Origin: Microcoleus sp.
GTDB lineage: Bacteria; Cyanobacteriota; Cyanobacteriia; Cyanobacteriales; Microcoleaceae
Direction: 5' to 3'
Assembly: GCA_042408215.1 (NCBI GenBank)
Contig: JAYFMW010000019.1
Span: forward strand, 60,313 to 124,312
Length of the DNA: 64,000 nucleotides
Each line of letters starts with the position of its first letter. Positions within the stretch are counted from its first letter, which is position 1. Position numbers and translations under genes: made by a program. Positions 34,069 through 43,492 of the stretch are shown piece by piece. Below the pieces are notes generated by a model. The model saw nothing but the letters and a program-made list of their open reading frames with translations. It was not told where the DNA came from and did not search any database.

Positions 34069-34361
34069 AACTTAATACCAGTCCCCCAGACAATCTGAAA
34101 ATACGGGGCGATGGATTTGAGATTTGGGCTCTGAGAATTGAGTTGAACCGACTAATCTGGGGGGCTTGTACCCTGGCGGCTTACGGCCAGAAATAATTTA
34201 CGCGCGATCGCGCCTGACAATTGTGTGCAAAATCTGGGAAACAATTATTATAGATTAAGTTATTGCAATGATCCAATTTGTCCACAGGAAGCGGCACGCA
34301 CCGCCCCGCTTTCCTCCCCCAGCAACCCAGACTATGATGGGGGTATCCAGCGGAAAAACAG

Positions 34362-36389
34362 ATGAGTTACTGCATCAATTCCCATTGTCAGAACCCCCAA
34401 AATCTCGATCGCGCGACAGTCTGCAAAAGTTGCGGGTCGAATTTGCTGCTAAAAGGCCGCTACCGAGTCTTTCACACCCTCGGTCAAAATCTCGCTGGCC
34501 ACACATTCTTAGCGGTCGATGAAGACCAACCTTCTCAACCCCGTTGCGTCATTCAACAATTCTTCGATCCAGAAATTGTCGCTGACGGTCAAAAACAGCT
34601 AAATCGGACATTTCGCGCCTCAGCCTCAGTGCTCGACGAGTTGGGAAAACATCCCCAAATACCGAAACTGCTGGCATCTTTTGAACAAGACGGCTGCCAG
34701 TATTTGGTACAAGAATACATCGACGGCCGCAATTTGGCAACTCAACTCTCAGACAAAGGTGTTTTTAAAGAAATTCACATTTGGTATCTCCTGAGCGAAT
34801 TGTTGCCCGTACTGCAATTTGTTCACGACAATCAACAGATTCACCGAGATATCAAACCGTCCAATATTATTCACCGCAAATCCCCCCAAGCTTTGCCAGC
34901 TTTGGGAGAAACAGAAAGTCTGGGGGGTCTAGTTTTAGTCGATTTAGGCGCGGCAATTCCTGCTAACAGCGGGCCGCTGAAAACAGACACGGTGACAGGT
35001 TCTGCTGAATACGCGGCCCCAGAACAAATTAAAGGTCAAGCTATTCCCAGCAGCGATATCTACAGTTTGGGTGTCACCTGCATCCATTTGCTAACGGGAA
35101 TGTCGCCCTTTGATTTGTTTGATCTCAAAGCAGATGATTGGGCCTGGCGGCATTATTTGAAAGTGCCGGTTTCGGCGAGACTAGGCCGCATTCTAGATCA
35201 AATGGTGCACCGCGAAACCTCGAAACGCTATCGCACAGCCTCAGCAATCCTCAAAGACATGAAATACGGCCCCGCACCCGTGGATCTGATTCTGGGCCTG
35301 CCCAAGTGGACTTTGGGCGCTTGGGCTGGGGCGGTTGGTGTCCTGGTATCGCTGGTGTTGGGCTCTCGTTTCCAGTCTCAGCAACCGCAGGCATTCACTT
35401 ATCAAGAACCTGCTGCTATTCCCGAAATTCGGTTTAATCCCCCGCCCATGTCGGAGTTCAAGAGTCAGATATCGATCGAGCCTGCTGCGGTGCGAACTCT
35501 GGCGACTCTGGACAAAAATCCGGTTTGGGCTGTGGCTGTCAGCCCCAATGGCCGGGTGATAGTCAGCGGAAATAACGACGGGACAATTCGCCTGCTGCAC
35601 AAGCGTCACGGTAAAGTGCTGAAGGTTTTAGCCGGACATTTGGCCCCGGTGTGGTCGGTGGCTGTTAGTCCCGATGGCAGGACGATCGCCAGCGGTAGTG
35701 CTGATAATACAATTAAATTGTGGAATTTCTACACCGGCCAGTTGATTCGGAGTTGGGATGGACACAAAGATGGCGTGTTCTCGGTGGCTTTCAGTCCCGA
35801 TGGCAGGACAATTGCCAGTGTCGGTAAGGACAACACTTTGAAGTTGTGGGAAGTAGGCGACGGAGTTGAGTTAGAAACTTTTAAAGGGCTTTCCGATCGG
35901 GTGCAGTCGGTGGCTTTCAGTCCCGATCGAGAAACTCTGGCTACTGGCAATAGCGATGGTATTATCAAACTTTGGAATTGGCGGACTGGGGAATTGAAAC
36001 AGATTCTCAGGGGTGATGCTGAGGCGGTTTGGTCTCTTGCTATCAGCCCAGACGGTCAAACTCTCGCCAGCGGCAGTTGGGACAAGACGGTGAAGCTTTG
36101 GGATATCAGCACTAACAATGAATCTCGACAGCCCAGTGGTTCTCTGTTGCGGACTCTGATTGGTCATTCCGATCGCATTCAGTCTCTAGCTTTCAGTCCC
36201 GACGGGGACAAGTTGGCCAGCAGCGATTTGAGCGGAACTATCAAGCTGTGGCAGACGAATACTGGCGAAATGGCTGGTACGCTTAAGGGTCATTCTACTT
36301 GGGTGGAATTGGCTTTTAATCCTCAAGATCAAACTCTGGTCAGTGGCAGTTTTGATGACACGATTAAGGTGTGGCGGCTGTCTCCTTGA
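34362..36389 (+). CDS. Ser/Thr protein kinase with a 4-Cys prefix, TM and WD40 repeats
   Basis: MSYCINSHC..CKSCG, HRDIKPSN, DLG, YAAPEQ, about seven WD40 repeats. The Gly loop and VAIK Lys look degenerate (LGQNLAGHTF, CVIQQF). Confidence 0.93.
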   Translation: MSYCINSHCQNPQNLDRATVCKSCGSNLLLKGRYRVFHTLGQNLAGHTFLAVDEDQPSQPRCVIQQFFDPEIVADGQKQLNRTFRASASVLDELGKHPQIPKLLASFEQDGCQYLVQEYIDGRNLATQLSDKGVFKEIHIWYLLSELLPVLQFVHDNQQIHRDIKPSNIIHRKSPQALPALGETESLGGLVLVDLGAAIPANSGPLKTDTVTGSAEYAAPEQIKGQAIPSSDIYSLGVTCIHLLTGMSPFDLFDLKADDWAWRHYLKVPVSARLGRILDQMVHRETSKRYRTASAILKDMKYGPAPVDLILGLPKWTLGAWAGAVGVLVSLVLGSRFQSQQPQAFTYQEPAAIPEIRFNPPPMSEFKSQISIEPAAVRTLATLDKNPVWAVAVSPNGRVIVSGNNDGTIRLLHKRHGKVLKVLAGHLAPVWSVAVSPDGRTIASGSADNTIKLWNFYTGQLIRSWDGHKDGVFSVAFSPDGRTIASVGKDNTLKLWEVGDGVELETFKGLSDRVQSVAFSPDRETLATGNSDGIIKLWNWRTGELKQILRGDAEAVWSLAISPDGQTLASGSWDKTVKLWDISTNNESRQPSGSLLRTLIGHSDRIQSLAFSPDGDKLASSDLSGTIKLWQTNTGEMAGTLKGHSTWVELAFNPQDQTLVSGSFDDTIKVWRLSP

Positions 36390-36508
36390 TTTGTTGGTGC
36401 GATCGCCAGGAGTTAGATATACACTTTTAATCCAGGACAGTCTCAACCAACTCTGATTGGGTGGTGTGGCTGTCTTTTTCTTAGGTCATGGGATTTTAGA
36501 TTACGGGC

Positions 36509-36667
36509 CTAGGGCGTGTTTTCAAACCCGGAGATCCCCCCTAACCCCCCTTAAGAAGGGGAGTAGGGGAGTAGGGGGTGTGGGACAAGAGTATTCTTGC
36601 GTCCCACTTTTTAAGGGGGATTTAGGGGGTTCTGAATCTGATTGGAGAGTTTGAAAACACGCTCTAG
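36509..36667. mobile_element. MITE-like element enclosing a CCCCTTAAGAAGGGG palindromic repeat
   Basis: 19-bp IR CTAGGGCGTGTTTTCAAAC / GTTTGAAAACACGCTCTAG with one mismatch. Confidence 0.75.
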
Positions 36668-36688
36668 GGCCTAGGGCATTGGTAGTAA

Positions 36689-36752
36689 ATAACTCATAAC
36701 TAATAACTCATAACTCATCACTAATCACTCATCACTAATCACTCATCACTCA
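36689..36752. repeat. Heptamer repeat tract (TAACTCA/TCACTCA/TCACTAA)
   Basis: Read directly. Confidence 0.85.
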
Positions 36753-36800
36753 TGTTATAGTGAGAATAATTGAATCATTAACGATGCAACCTGGGACCAC

Positions 36801-37721
36801 ATGGAAATCAACCAGAATCCGCTCGAATTCCTAACTACAAAAGTGCAAGAAACTCTTGCCGAAACCCAAAACTTAGCTAACCAAATCTCTGCTAAAGTTG
36901 AGGAAAGTGCAACTGTATTAACGGCGTGGGTAGAATCAGCGCCAAGTTCAATTGCTAGTGCTGGGGCGATCGCCACTCAAGAAGCTTTAAAAATAGCACA
37001 CAACATCCGTTTTGAAAACCTACCAACAAATCTGCAATTCAAATTTGCTACGGTAGGTATGCGTGACGGAATGCGAAATGTTCAAGAAGCAGCAAAAGTA
37101 TTTGAATCCATACCCGCCCAAATTCGTGCCCAAGGCCCAGAAGCAATTCGGAACTTCCGTCAAGGTAAAGATTGGAGTCACATCCAAGCACGGGTGAATG
37201 GAGGCGGTAGCGAAGCTGCTAACGGGGTTTTTGAACATTTTTGGGTAAATCGGGCTCGCGGTGGTGCAGACATGACTGCGGCCGAATTAGCCGTCGCTAA
37301 GCAGGTTTTAGCGGATGCAGCGTTTAAGGCAGCAGTTGCCGAAATCGTTGGGGCTGCAATGAAAGGGGCGATCGCAGCAGCAGTAATTGAGTTAGTATTT
37401 TCCATCTTAGAAAATTCCCTATTGTGTGTTGAAGGCAAAATTACCCAATCAGAATTAGTCGAACAAGTCGCCACAGCTACCGCCAAAGCTGGCATTGCTG
37501 GTGGTGTAATTACCGGCATTCTGTTAACACTCTGCATGATATTTCCCCCGATTGCCGCGCTTTTAGGTGCCGCAGCGATGCCCTTGGCGGTTGCAGGGAT
37601 TGGTTTTATGGGAATTCGCGCCTGGGAAATCTTTTGTCATGGCGATCGCATATTTGGTATTACTGCACAAACACAAAAATTTCTGGGGATGACTCAAGCG
37701 ACAACTGAAGTAACATTTTAA
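36801..37721 (+). CDS. Hypothetical membrane protein with a possible HNH-like motif
   Basis: DWSHIQARVNGGGSEAANGVFEHFWVNRARG followed by Ala/Gly-rich hydrophobic helices. Confidence 0.75.
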   Translation: MEINQNPLEFLTTKVQETLAETQNLANQISAKVEESATVLTAWVESAPSSIASAGAIATQEALKIAHNIRFENLPTNLQFKFATVGMRDGMRNVQEAAKVFESIPAQIRAQGPEAIRNFRQGKDWSHIQARVNGGGSEAANGVFEHFWVNRARGGADMTAAELAVAKQVLADAAFKAAVAEIVGAAMKGAIAAAVIELVFSILENSLLCVEGKITQSELVEQVATATAKAGIAGGVITGILLTLCMIFPPIAALLGAAAMPLAVAGIGFMGIRAWEIFCHGDRIFGITAQTQKFLGMTQATTEVTF

Positions 37722-38038
37722 TTAGATCCCCGACTTCGCAGAAGTTGTCGGGTATCTGGATATTCTAAATAATTGGGAAACCTAAATATGTAGTTATATC
37801 GTTGACCGTTGGATCGGAATGATTTAACCGCAGAGAACACAGAGGACACAGAGGGAGAGAATAGAGATCTGAATAATTCTGATGAATAGAGGATTTGATA
37901 TTAAACGCAAAAAACCAATAATAGAAGAACGTGAATTGTCGGGGCGGGTTTTACCAACCATAATAGCCTAAGACTAATAATCTCATAAACCCGCCCGCCC
38001 GCTCCCATATAGTGTTTATTTGTACCCACTTACTTAGT

Positions 38039-38332
38039 ATGGATTCAGTAGAAAAAACTCAAGATCAGCAGCATCCGCAATATCGGCGCGATCGAGCCAC
38101 AGTCGATACTTTATTAGCCGGAGAAGCCACGGACTACAATTTATCAGAATTAGCCAGATTAATAATTCGTTACCGTGGATTTCCCGGCGCTAGAGATATC
38201 CAAAAAGACTTAGAAAAAGTCCTGCAACAATGGAATCTTACACCAGAAACTCTTTACGAACAAACTCGCAAAATTCACGCCAAAGGTGAAGTTTACAGGA
38301 AGCAAAAAAGCGATCAAGAAGATTGGGCATAA
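38039..38332 (+). CDS. DUF3288 family protein
   Basis: DQQHPQYRRDRATVDTLL...NLSELARLIIRYRGFPGARDIQKDL. Confidence 0.9.
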   Translation: MDSVEKTQDQQHPQYRRDRATVDTLLAGEATDYNLSELARLIIRYRGFPGARDIQKDLEKVLQQWNLTPETLYEQTRKIHAKGEVYRKQKSDQEDWA

Positions 38333-38337
38333 CTTGA

Positions 38338-38421
38338 AAAACCCGGTTTTTGGCCGTTGATGCGGGCAGTAACGCGTCTTCTCGTAAAAACCCGGTTTCT
38401 GACCAGTCCTGCGTCTAGGAC
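38338..38421. repeat. Second copy of the AAAACCCGGTTT element
   Basis: Reverse-complement similarity to 3487-3593. Confidence 0.75.
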
Positions 38422-38544
38422 TATTCAAGCGCATTGCGATCGCTAAGAGTCAAACTCAAAGGCGATCGCTACGCCTCTAATCGATTAAAAACTGGACAAA
38501 AGAAGCATCCTAGCGAGGGTAACAGGGTTTTTCCCCAGGCTGCT

Positions 38545-39567
38545 TTACTTAGCAGGAAGCGCATAGAAGGTTACACCTTCATCCCGGAAATTAGGCAACT
38601 CATTAATGACTTTTTGCCTGGTAGCTGGGTCAGCGGTGTAAAAGTGGGTAATAGCTTGTGAATTTCTCCGTTCAGCATCTAGATTCGCGAAACGGTAGAC
38701 GGGAATTGCACCGGGAAACGAAGAGGCATAGGCACTGAAAACGTCACCCTGATCTGTAAACTGAGGCAAGTTGCTTTTCACTGATGCTATTGACCCTGGA
38801 TCGGCGGTGTAAAAATAAGTTCCTGTCGCCGTATTCAAGAAGCGGCGAACCTTGACGTTACCCGCACCGGGAGCGATAAATTCGTCGCCTTCACTGCGAT
38901 AGCGGGAGTTGGTAAGCCGATCGGCAATTTCAGTTGAATTTGAGGTATAAAAGTGCGCCTGGGTGACATTATCCCAGAAGCGTCGGACAGGAGCATTGTC
39001 GCCAGGAGTCACAACGGGAGTCACAACGGGAGTCACAACGGGAGTCACAACGGGAGTCACAACGGGAGCGTTGCCGTTGGCATCAAGGGTTTGACCTGTT
39101 AAAGCATCTTTCCACGTTACCTCGCCAGCGTTAGTGGAGGCCTGTAAAACGAAGCTTTCAGGGAGAATCGCATCAGGTAGGGCACCGTAGGTAGTGACGC
39201 GAACTACATAGTCAGAAACACCATCACTGGTTAGCTGCCCTGAAATTCCACTCAGACTTGGGGGAAGACCTGGTGCAATCTTTGAATTGCCAGCCCCACC
39301 ATCGTCATCGTCTTCTGCTACAGGAGGAGTGCCAGGAAGAATTATATTGTCACCTTTGCTACCTTTAGGGATTCTATAGACTTGTAGGTAGGGATCGAAC
39401 GTAGTACCGGGGCTTTTAAACAAGTCAATGGTGACAGCTTGGCTGGCAAATTCAACCTGTAAAATGTAATCTTTATAGCGCGTGGTTGCAGCATCATCCG
39501 ATAGATTAGGGGTGAGTAGTCCCTTGTCTGTTGTTTTTAAGGCATTGTTGATTTGCTTGGTTGTCAT
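38545..39567 (-). CDS. Surface protein: PPC-like N domain, (PVVT)n linker, C-terminal HFYT-repeat (DUF5648-like) domain
   Basis: FDPYLQVY..AEDDDDGG..YVVRVTT; 12-bp tandem repeat GGAGTCACAACG x5 near 39005-39064; AHFYT, YFYTA, PVYRF, THFYTA. Confidence 0.75.
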   Translation of the reverse strand: MTTKQINNALKTTDKGLLTPNLSDDAATTRYKDYILQVEFASQAVTIDLFKSPGTTFDPYLQVYRIPKGSKGDNIILPGTPPVAEDDDDGGAGNSKIAPGLPPSLSGISGQLTSDGVSDYVVRVTTYGALPDAILPESFVLQASTNAGEVTWKDALTGQTLDANGNAPVVTPVVTPVVTPVVTPVVTPGDNAPVRRFWDNVTQAHFYTSNSTEIADRLTNSRYRSEGDEFIAPGAGNVKVRRFLNTATGTYFYTADPGSIASVKSNLPQFTDQGDVFSAYASSFPGAIPVYRFANLDAERRNSQAITHFYTADPATRQKVINELPNFRDEGVTFYALPAK

Positions 39568-40016
39568 TGTTTTTACCTGGATTAACGCGAACAAATTTAT
39601 AGAATAACGATCGCTCTGACAGAGCGATCGGCACAACAAGATCTATGTATAACAAGCGGTTGAATGGCTGTGCCACCAGTAAGATGCAGGCTGCAAGGCT
39701 GCCCACCTGATTCTACAATAAGCCGGAGAGCGCGGTGGTGTTTGTGATAAAAAGTTATAAATAGTTAGTATTTTACCTGTGGCTTATACTAACTACAGCA
39801 TATTCCATTTATATGTGGTACACACAATCTTCTAGCAAGTAAGGTGCGTTGCCACCCGTAAAGAAGCAAGTTCTATCCAAGATATAGCAAGCGACGCACC
39901 CTACAAACTAACACCACACAATATAGCTGCTACTGTACTTCATGAACCTGGAATATGCTGTATCAGGGGAACACCCGATTACCCTAGTGATATAGAACCC
40001 ATTTGAGATCTTTTAA

Positions 40017-40212
40017 CGATCGCTCACAGCAGTCGATCGCTCACAGCAGTCGATCGCTCACAGCAGTCGATCGGCTTCACAGCAGGCGATCGCTCACAGC
40101 AGGCGATCGCTCACAGCAGGCGATCGCTCACAGCAGGCGATCGGCTTCACAGCAGGCGATCGGCTTCACAGCAGGCGATCGGCTTCACAGCAGGCGATCG
40201 GCTTCACGATCG
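40017..40212. repeat. CGATCG-anchored minisatellite of 17/19-bp units inside the IS5
   Basis: Ten full units (CGATCGCTCACAGCAGK or CGATCGGCTTCACAGCAGG) plus a partial; no unique spacers. Confidence 0.95.
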
Positions 40213-40334
40213 CCCAGAAAAGCTCTTTTTTTGAGGTGGTTCGGTTTAAAAGAGCGCGCTCGATAGATTTTCGAGTTGGTTGTCCCCCATCAACTTTTGA
40301 GGTAAAATTACCAGAAAAAGACCCGAAAGCCATC

Positions 40335-41183
40335 ATGCCGTATTCTAGTAACCTAACGGACTCCGAATGGGAAATTCTCGAGCCTCTACTACATCAAATA
40401 TTACCCGTTAAAAAGCCAACTCGACCTCCTAGCTGGACTAAAAGAGAAATCTTAGATGGTATCTTCTATCAACTCAAGAATGGGTGTAATTGGGAAGACT
40501 TACCTAAAGACTTACCACCCTACTCAACTGTATATTGGTATTACAAGCAATGGCGCTCAGAAGGAGTGCTTGAAGATTTGATGAAAGTCTGACATTCTCA
40601 AGTACGCGAACAAGTCAAAAAAAACCGAAGTGGACTACGTTGATAATTCTCGACTCACAAGCCGTGAAAAACACCTGTAATGCCAGTCTTGCATCGAAAG
40701 GATTTTGTTTCTACAAATCGACGAATGGTATTAAAAGGCATCTAGCCGTTGATACGCTTGGGTTTCCCTTCTTTACTCATTGTACAAAAGCCCATGTATC
40801 AGATGATGCGGGTTGGATTGAAATGTTGAGTAAAAACATCGATTATTTCAAGTCTAAACCAGTCAATATTCCCAAAATCACAATATTGCACGGGCGACGG
40901 TTATCACCCTGAACGTCTGACTATTGAGTTCAAGAAAATTTCTCCACAAATTCTGACCAAAATTAAGTTTGAACTCTCAAAAAAACCATCAAAACCACAA
41001 AAAGAAGCCGAGGGAAAATCGGGATTTGTTCCGGTTAGGGCAAGGTGGGTGATTGAACGGTCAAATAGTTGGATGGAAAGATGCAAAATACTCGTTAAGA
41101 ACTTCGAGAGAACTTTAGCTAATGCAACTGCCAAGGTAAATCTTTGTTTTATTAGGTTGATGGTTAAAAGGCTTGCGGTCTAA
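40335..41183 (+). pseudogene. IS5 transposase pseudogene
   Basis: MPYSSNLTDSEWEIL, DLPPYSTVY, IILDSQAVKN, GIKRHLAVDTLG, RWVIERSNSW; premature TGA at 40590 and a frameshift near 40895, in addition to the A-run between the two ORFs. Confidence 0.9.
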
Positions 41184-41203
41184 AAGATGTCAAATGGGTT
41201 CTA

Positions 41204-41444
41204 TAAACCTTGTGGTGAAGCTTGGTTGTATTCCAACAATCCTCGCTTTTTGCTACCTCCAATATCTGATTGCAAGCATCGGCAAATCCCTGCAAAGTGC
41301 GGTCAATTTCACACCGCAACTCGACAGTAACTGGCAGCTTACATTTAACAGATATTGTCTGCATTAGATTGAGTTAATTACTCATCCCATTATATCATGT
41401 AAAGCCGCCGTAGAACGGCAGGGTTTCAGACCCAGAGGACTTGA
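41204..41444 (-). mobile_element. 5' remnant of a second IS200/IS605 tnpB element truncated by the IS5
   Basis: MQTISVKCKL...DRTLQGFADACNQI...TKLHHKVY stops at the IS5 end; left-end hairpin GCCG-TAGAA-CGGC-AGGGTTTCAGACCCA resembles 34026-34058. Confidence 0.8.
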
Positions 41445-41896
41445 TGATCAAGAAACGCAAACCCCTCGACAGCGCGATGGAAGCGTTTGTCTTCGGCGGC
41501 AAGGAAGCTGAAACAACAGCGCAACCCGCCTCACCAACACCGCCGCCCGCTGCGATACCAGCAGCAGCGCCAGCACTCGAAGCTGCAACGCTACCAGCAG
41601 TACCGACACCGCCGCCAGCACCCTCCGCAGCAGCGCCCTCCGCAGCAGCGCCAGCAACGGAAACACCGCCAGCAACGGAAACACCCGCGCCATTCGCTAC
41701 CCCCGTTCAACCCAAAGAGAATAGTTTGATGAGCAAACTGCAAGCACCCGACAAAGAAGCGACTGTTAGGTTTACCGTGGATATGTCCGAATCCCTGCAC
41801 CGCAAGCTGTCTGTGCTGGCTGCTAAGACGGGGCGCAAGAAAGTCGATATCGTGCGCGTGTTGCTGGAGGAGGGGTTGAAGGAGGTGGAGGGGTAG
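41444..41896 (+). CDS. ParG/CopG-like ribbon-helix-helix protein with a Pro/Ala-rich linker
   Basis: KEATVRFTVDMSESLHRKLSVLAAKTGRKKVDIVRVLLEEGL. Confidence 0.8.
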   Translation: MIKKRKPLDSAMEAFVFGGKEAETTAQPASPTPPPAAIPAAAPALEAATLPAVPTPPPAPSAAAPSAAAPATETPPATETPAPFATPVQPKENSLMSKLQAPDKEATVRFTVDMSESLHRKLSVLAAKTGRKKVDIVRVLLEEGLKEVEG

Positions 41897-41971
41897 GGCT
41901 ACTGTCGGGAAAGCAGCAGCAAAAGAAGTAGGGGCGGGATTCTTACCGAACGCACGAGCAATCCATCGCCC

Positions 41972-42724
41972 TTACTGTTTTATCGCTTGCGCGACGGGCA
42001 CCAACTCTTGCGCTGTTTCTCCCAAAAACCGCTGGTTAACTATTTCCCGATAAGCCTCCAAATCCGGCTGCCAGTTCTCCAAAAGCTGATACAAATGCTG
42101 CAACTTCTCGCCTTCCAATTCCCCCTCAATGGAGTATTGAAAGTTGCCGGAAAACAATACGGCAGGAGTCGGTTCGGCGTCTTGAAGTTGTAACAGCGCT
42201 TCGGCAACGCTCAAGTTGAGTTCTCCGCGTTCTAGGGAGTAACCTAAATTCACCGCAGCTTTTACCGGGGATTTCCCTACTTCAAACCAAGTGCCTTTTG
42301 CGAGTAAGGTGGAAGTAATGAATTCCGAGGCTGCGTTTTCATCCCCCCCTTCAAAGGTGACGAAAGTGCGGGGATTGACGCTCAAACTTTGATAGTCGGT
42401 GCGGGGTAAAGTTTCGATATACTTGCGAGCAATGTCGGGGATTTTTGCGTTTTCTTGGGATTTGGAATTCAGGGATTCGATGAAAGTGATGGCGTTCGAT
42501 TGGGCGACGATGTTGATGCCGTTGGTGAAGGCGGCTTGAGAGATTTGGGGACTGAAAACGGGAGGGCGGGCGAGTTCCCAGTCGGCAGGGACGATGCCGC
42601 TGTATTTGAGGAAATCCGAGTTAAGGAGGGTGGGAGAGTGGTTTTTGGCAGTTAGGGCGATCGCTAGTTCTTGGATGGTTATTTTCAGTGTCATGGCTGT
42701 TGGTAGAGCGAGATTTTGTGACAT
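41972..42724 (-). CDS. Conserved hypothetical protein
   Basis: 250-aa ORF; NHSPTLLNSDFLKYSGIVPADWELARPPV. Function unknown. Confidence 0.8.
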   Translation of the reverse strand: MSQNLALPTAMTLKITIQELAIALTAKNHSPTLLNSDFLKYSGIVPADWELARPPVFSPQISQAAFTNGINIVAQSNAITFIESLNSKSQENAKIPDIARKYIETLPRTDYQSLSVNPRTFVTFEGGDENAASEFITSTLLAKGTWFEVGKSPVKAAVNLGYSLERGELNLSVAEALLQLQDAEPTPAVLFSGNFQYSIEGELEGEKLQHLYQLLENWQPDLEAYREIVNQRFLGETAQELVPVAQAIKQ

Positions 42725-42879
42725 TTTATACTGTATAATTGGTCTTTGTACAGGGGGAAGGCGAAAGTTAGTTTGCGCTGAATATTGAGTCTCCGTGAGT
42801 GTTAGAAAATTGCCAGCAGTTGCGGAGGAACTTTGAGAAACTAATCTAAGAGAATTGCGATTCCACTAAATTATTCTTA

Positions 42880-43356
42880 CTAGCTTTTGGCTATACCAGC
42901 TTCTTCTTCTAATAATTCTTCTAAAAATTTACTGAGGCTAGAAGAGAGTTTTTTGAAAGGAACTGGAGCGTATGGGACTCCTGCCCCACCCTCCTTATAA
43001 CCATAAACGGGTGGATCGTCGCCCTCGGAAGCTGTGAAAAACCAAAATACATAACCTTGATGCATCAAAAATACGAATGCGTCTTTTGGGAGCGGTTCAG
43101 GAAACTCATCCCTCTCCAAAAGTTCTTCAGCTCCTTCTCGAAGTTCTGAAAGATCATCATAAAAACAGTTAGAACCTTTAAAAAAACCTCCGGCGCAAAT
43201 GCCTCCCCACAGTAGAAACTCTTTATAAGCCATAGGAAGAGTTAACCCATATCGTCGTTCAAGAGAGTGGATTTGTTCCTCCCTGCAGGGCAACAATTTG
43301 TGGGGAAATAAATGCCTTAATTCTGTAAAACGTGATTTGAATTTTTCAAGATACAT
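42880..43356 (-). CDS. SMI1/KNR4 (SUKH) immunity protein
   Basis: PCREEQIHSLERRYGLTLPMAYKEFL, FLMHQGY, GDDPPVY; downstream of the deaminase toxin. Confidence 0.92.
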   Translation of the reverse strand: MYLEKFKSRFTELRHLFPHKLLPCREEQIHSLERRYGLTLPMAYKEFLLWGGICAGGFFKGSNCFYDDLSELREGAEELLERDEFPEPLPKDAFVFLMHQGYVFWFFTASEGDDPPVYGYKEGGAGVPYAPVPFKKLSSSLSKFLEELLEEEAGIAKS

Positions 43357-43492
43357 AATGTTTTCTCAACTTTTGGTAAATTACCCACAATCCTAGCCAG
43401 CTTTATTGTAGCAAGTCTAAGTCATTTCCGCAAAAGCATTATACTTGTATAACAAAGCTTTTAGTTAGAGCTTGAAAAATGTGTAATTTTCA

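Larger units (their letters stand above)
39993..41203 (+). mobile_element. IS5-family insertion sequence, defective
   Basis: 22-bp terminal IR TAGAACCCATTTGAGATCTTTT / AAAAGATGTCAAATGGGTTCTA with one mismatch, TA on both flanks. Confidence 0.92.

Noticed and set aside
40017..40212. Possible CRISPR array
   Set aside because: Units of 17-19 bp are directly adjacent with no unique spacers, and no cas genes are present; it is a minisatellite.
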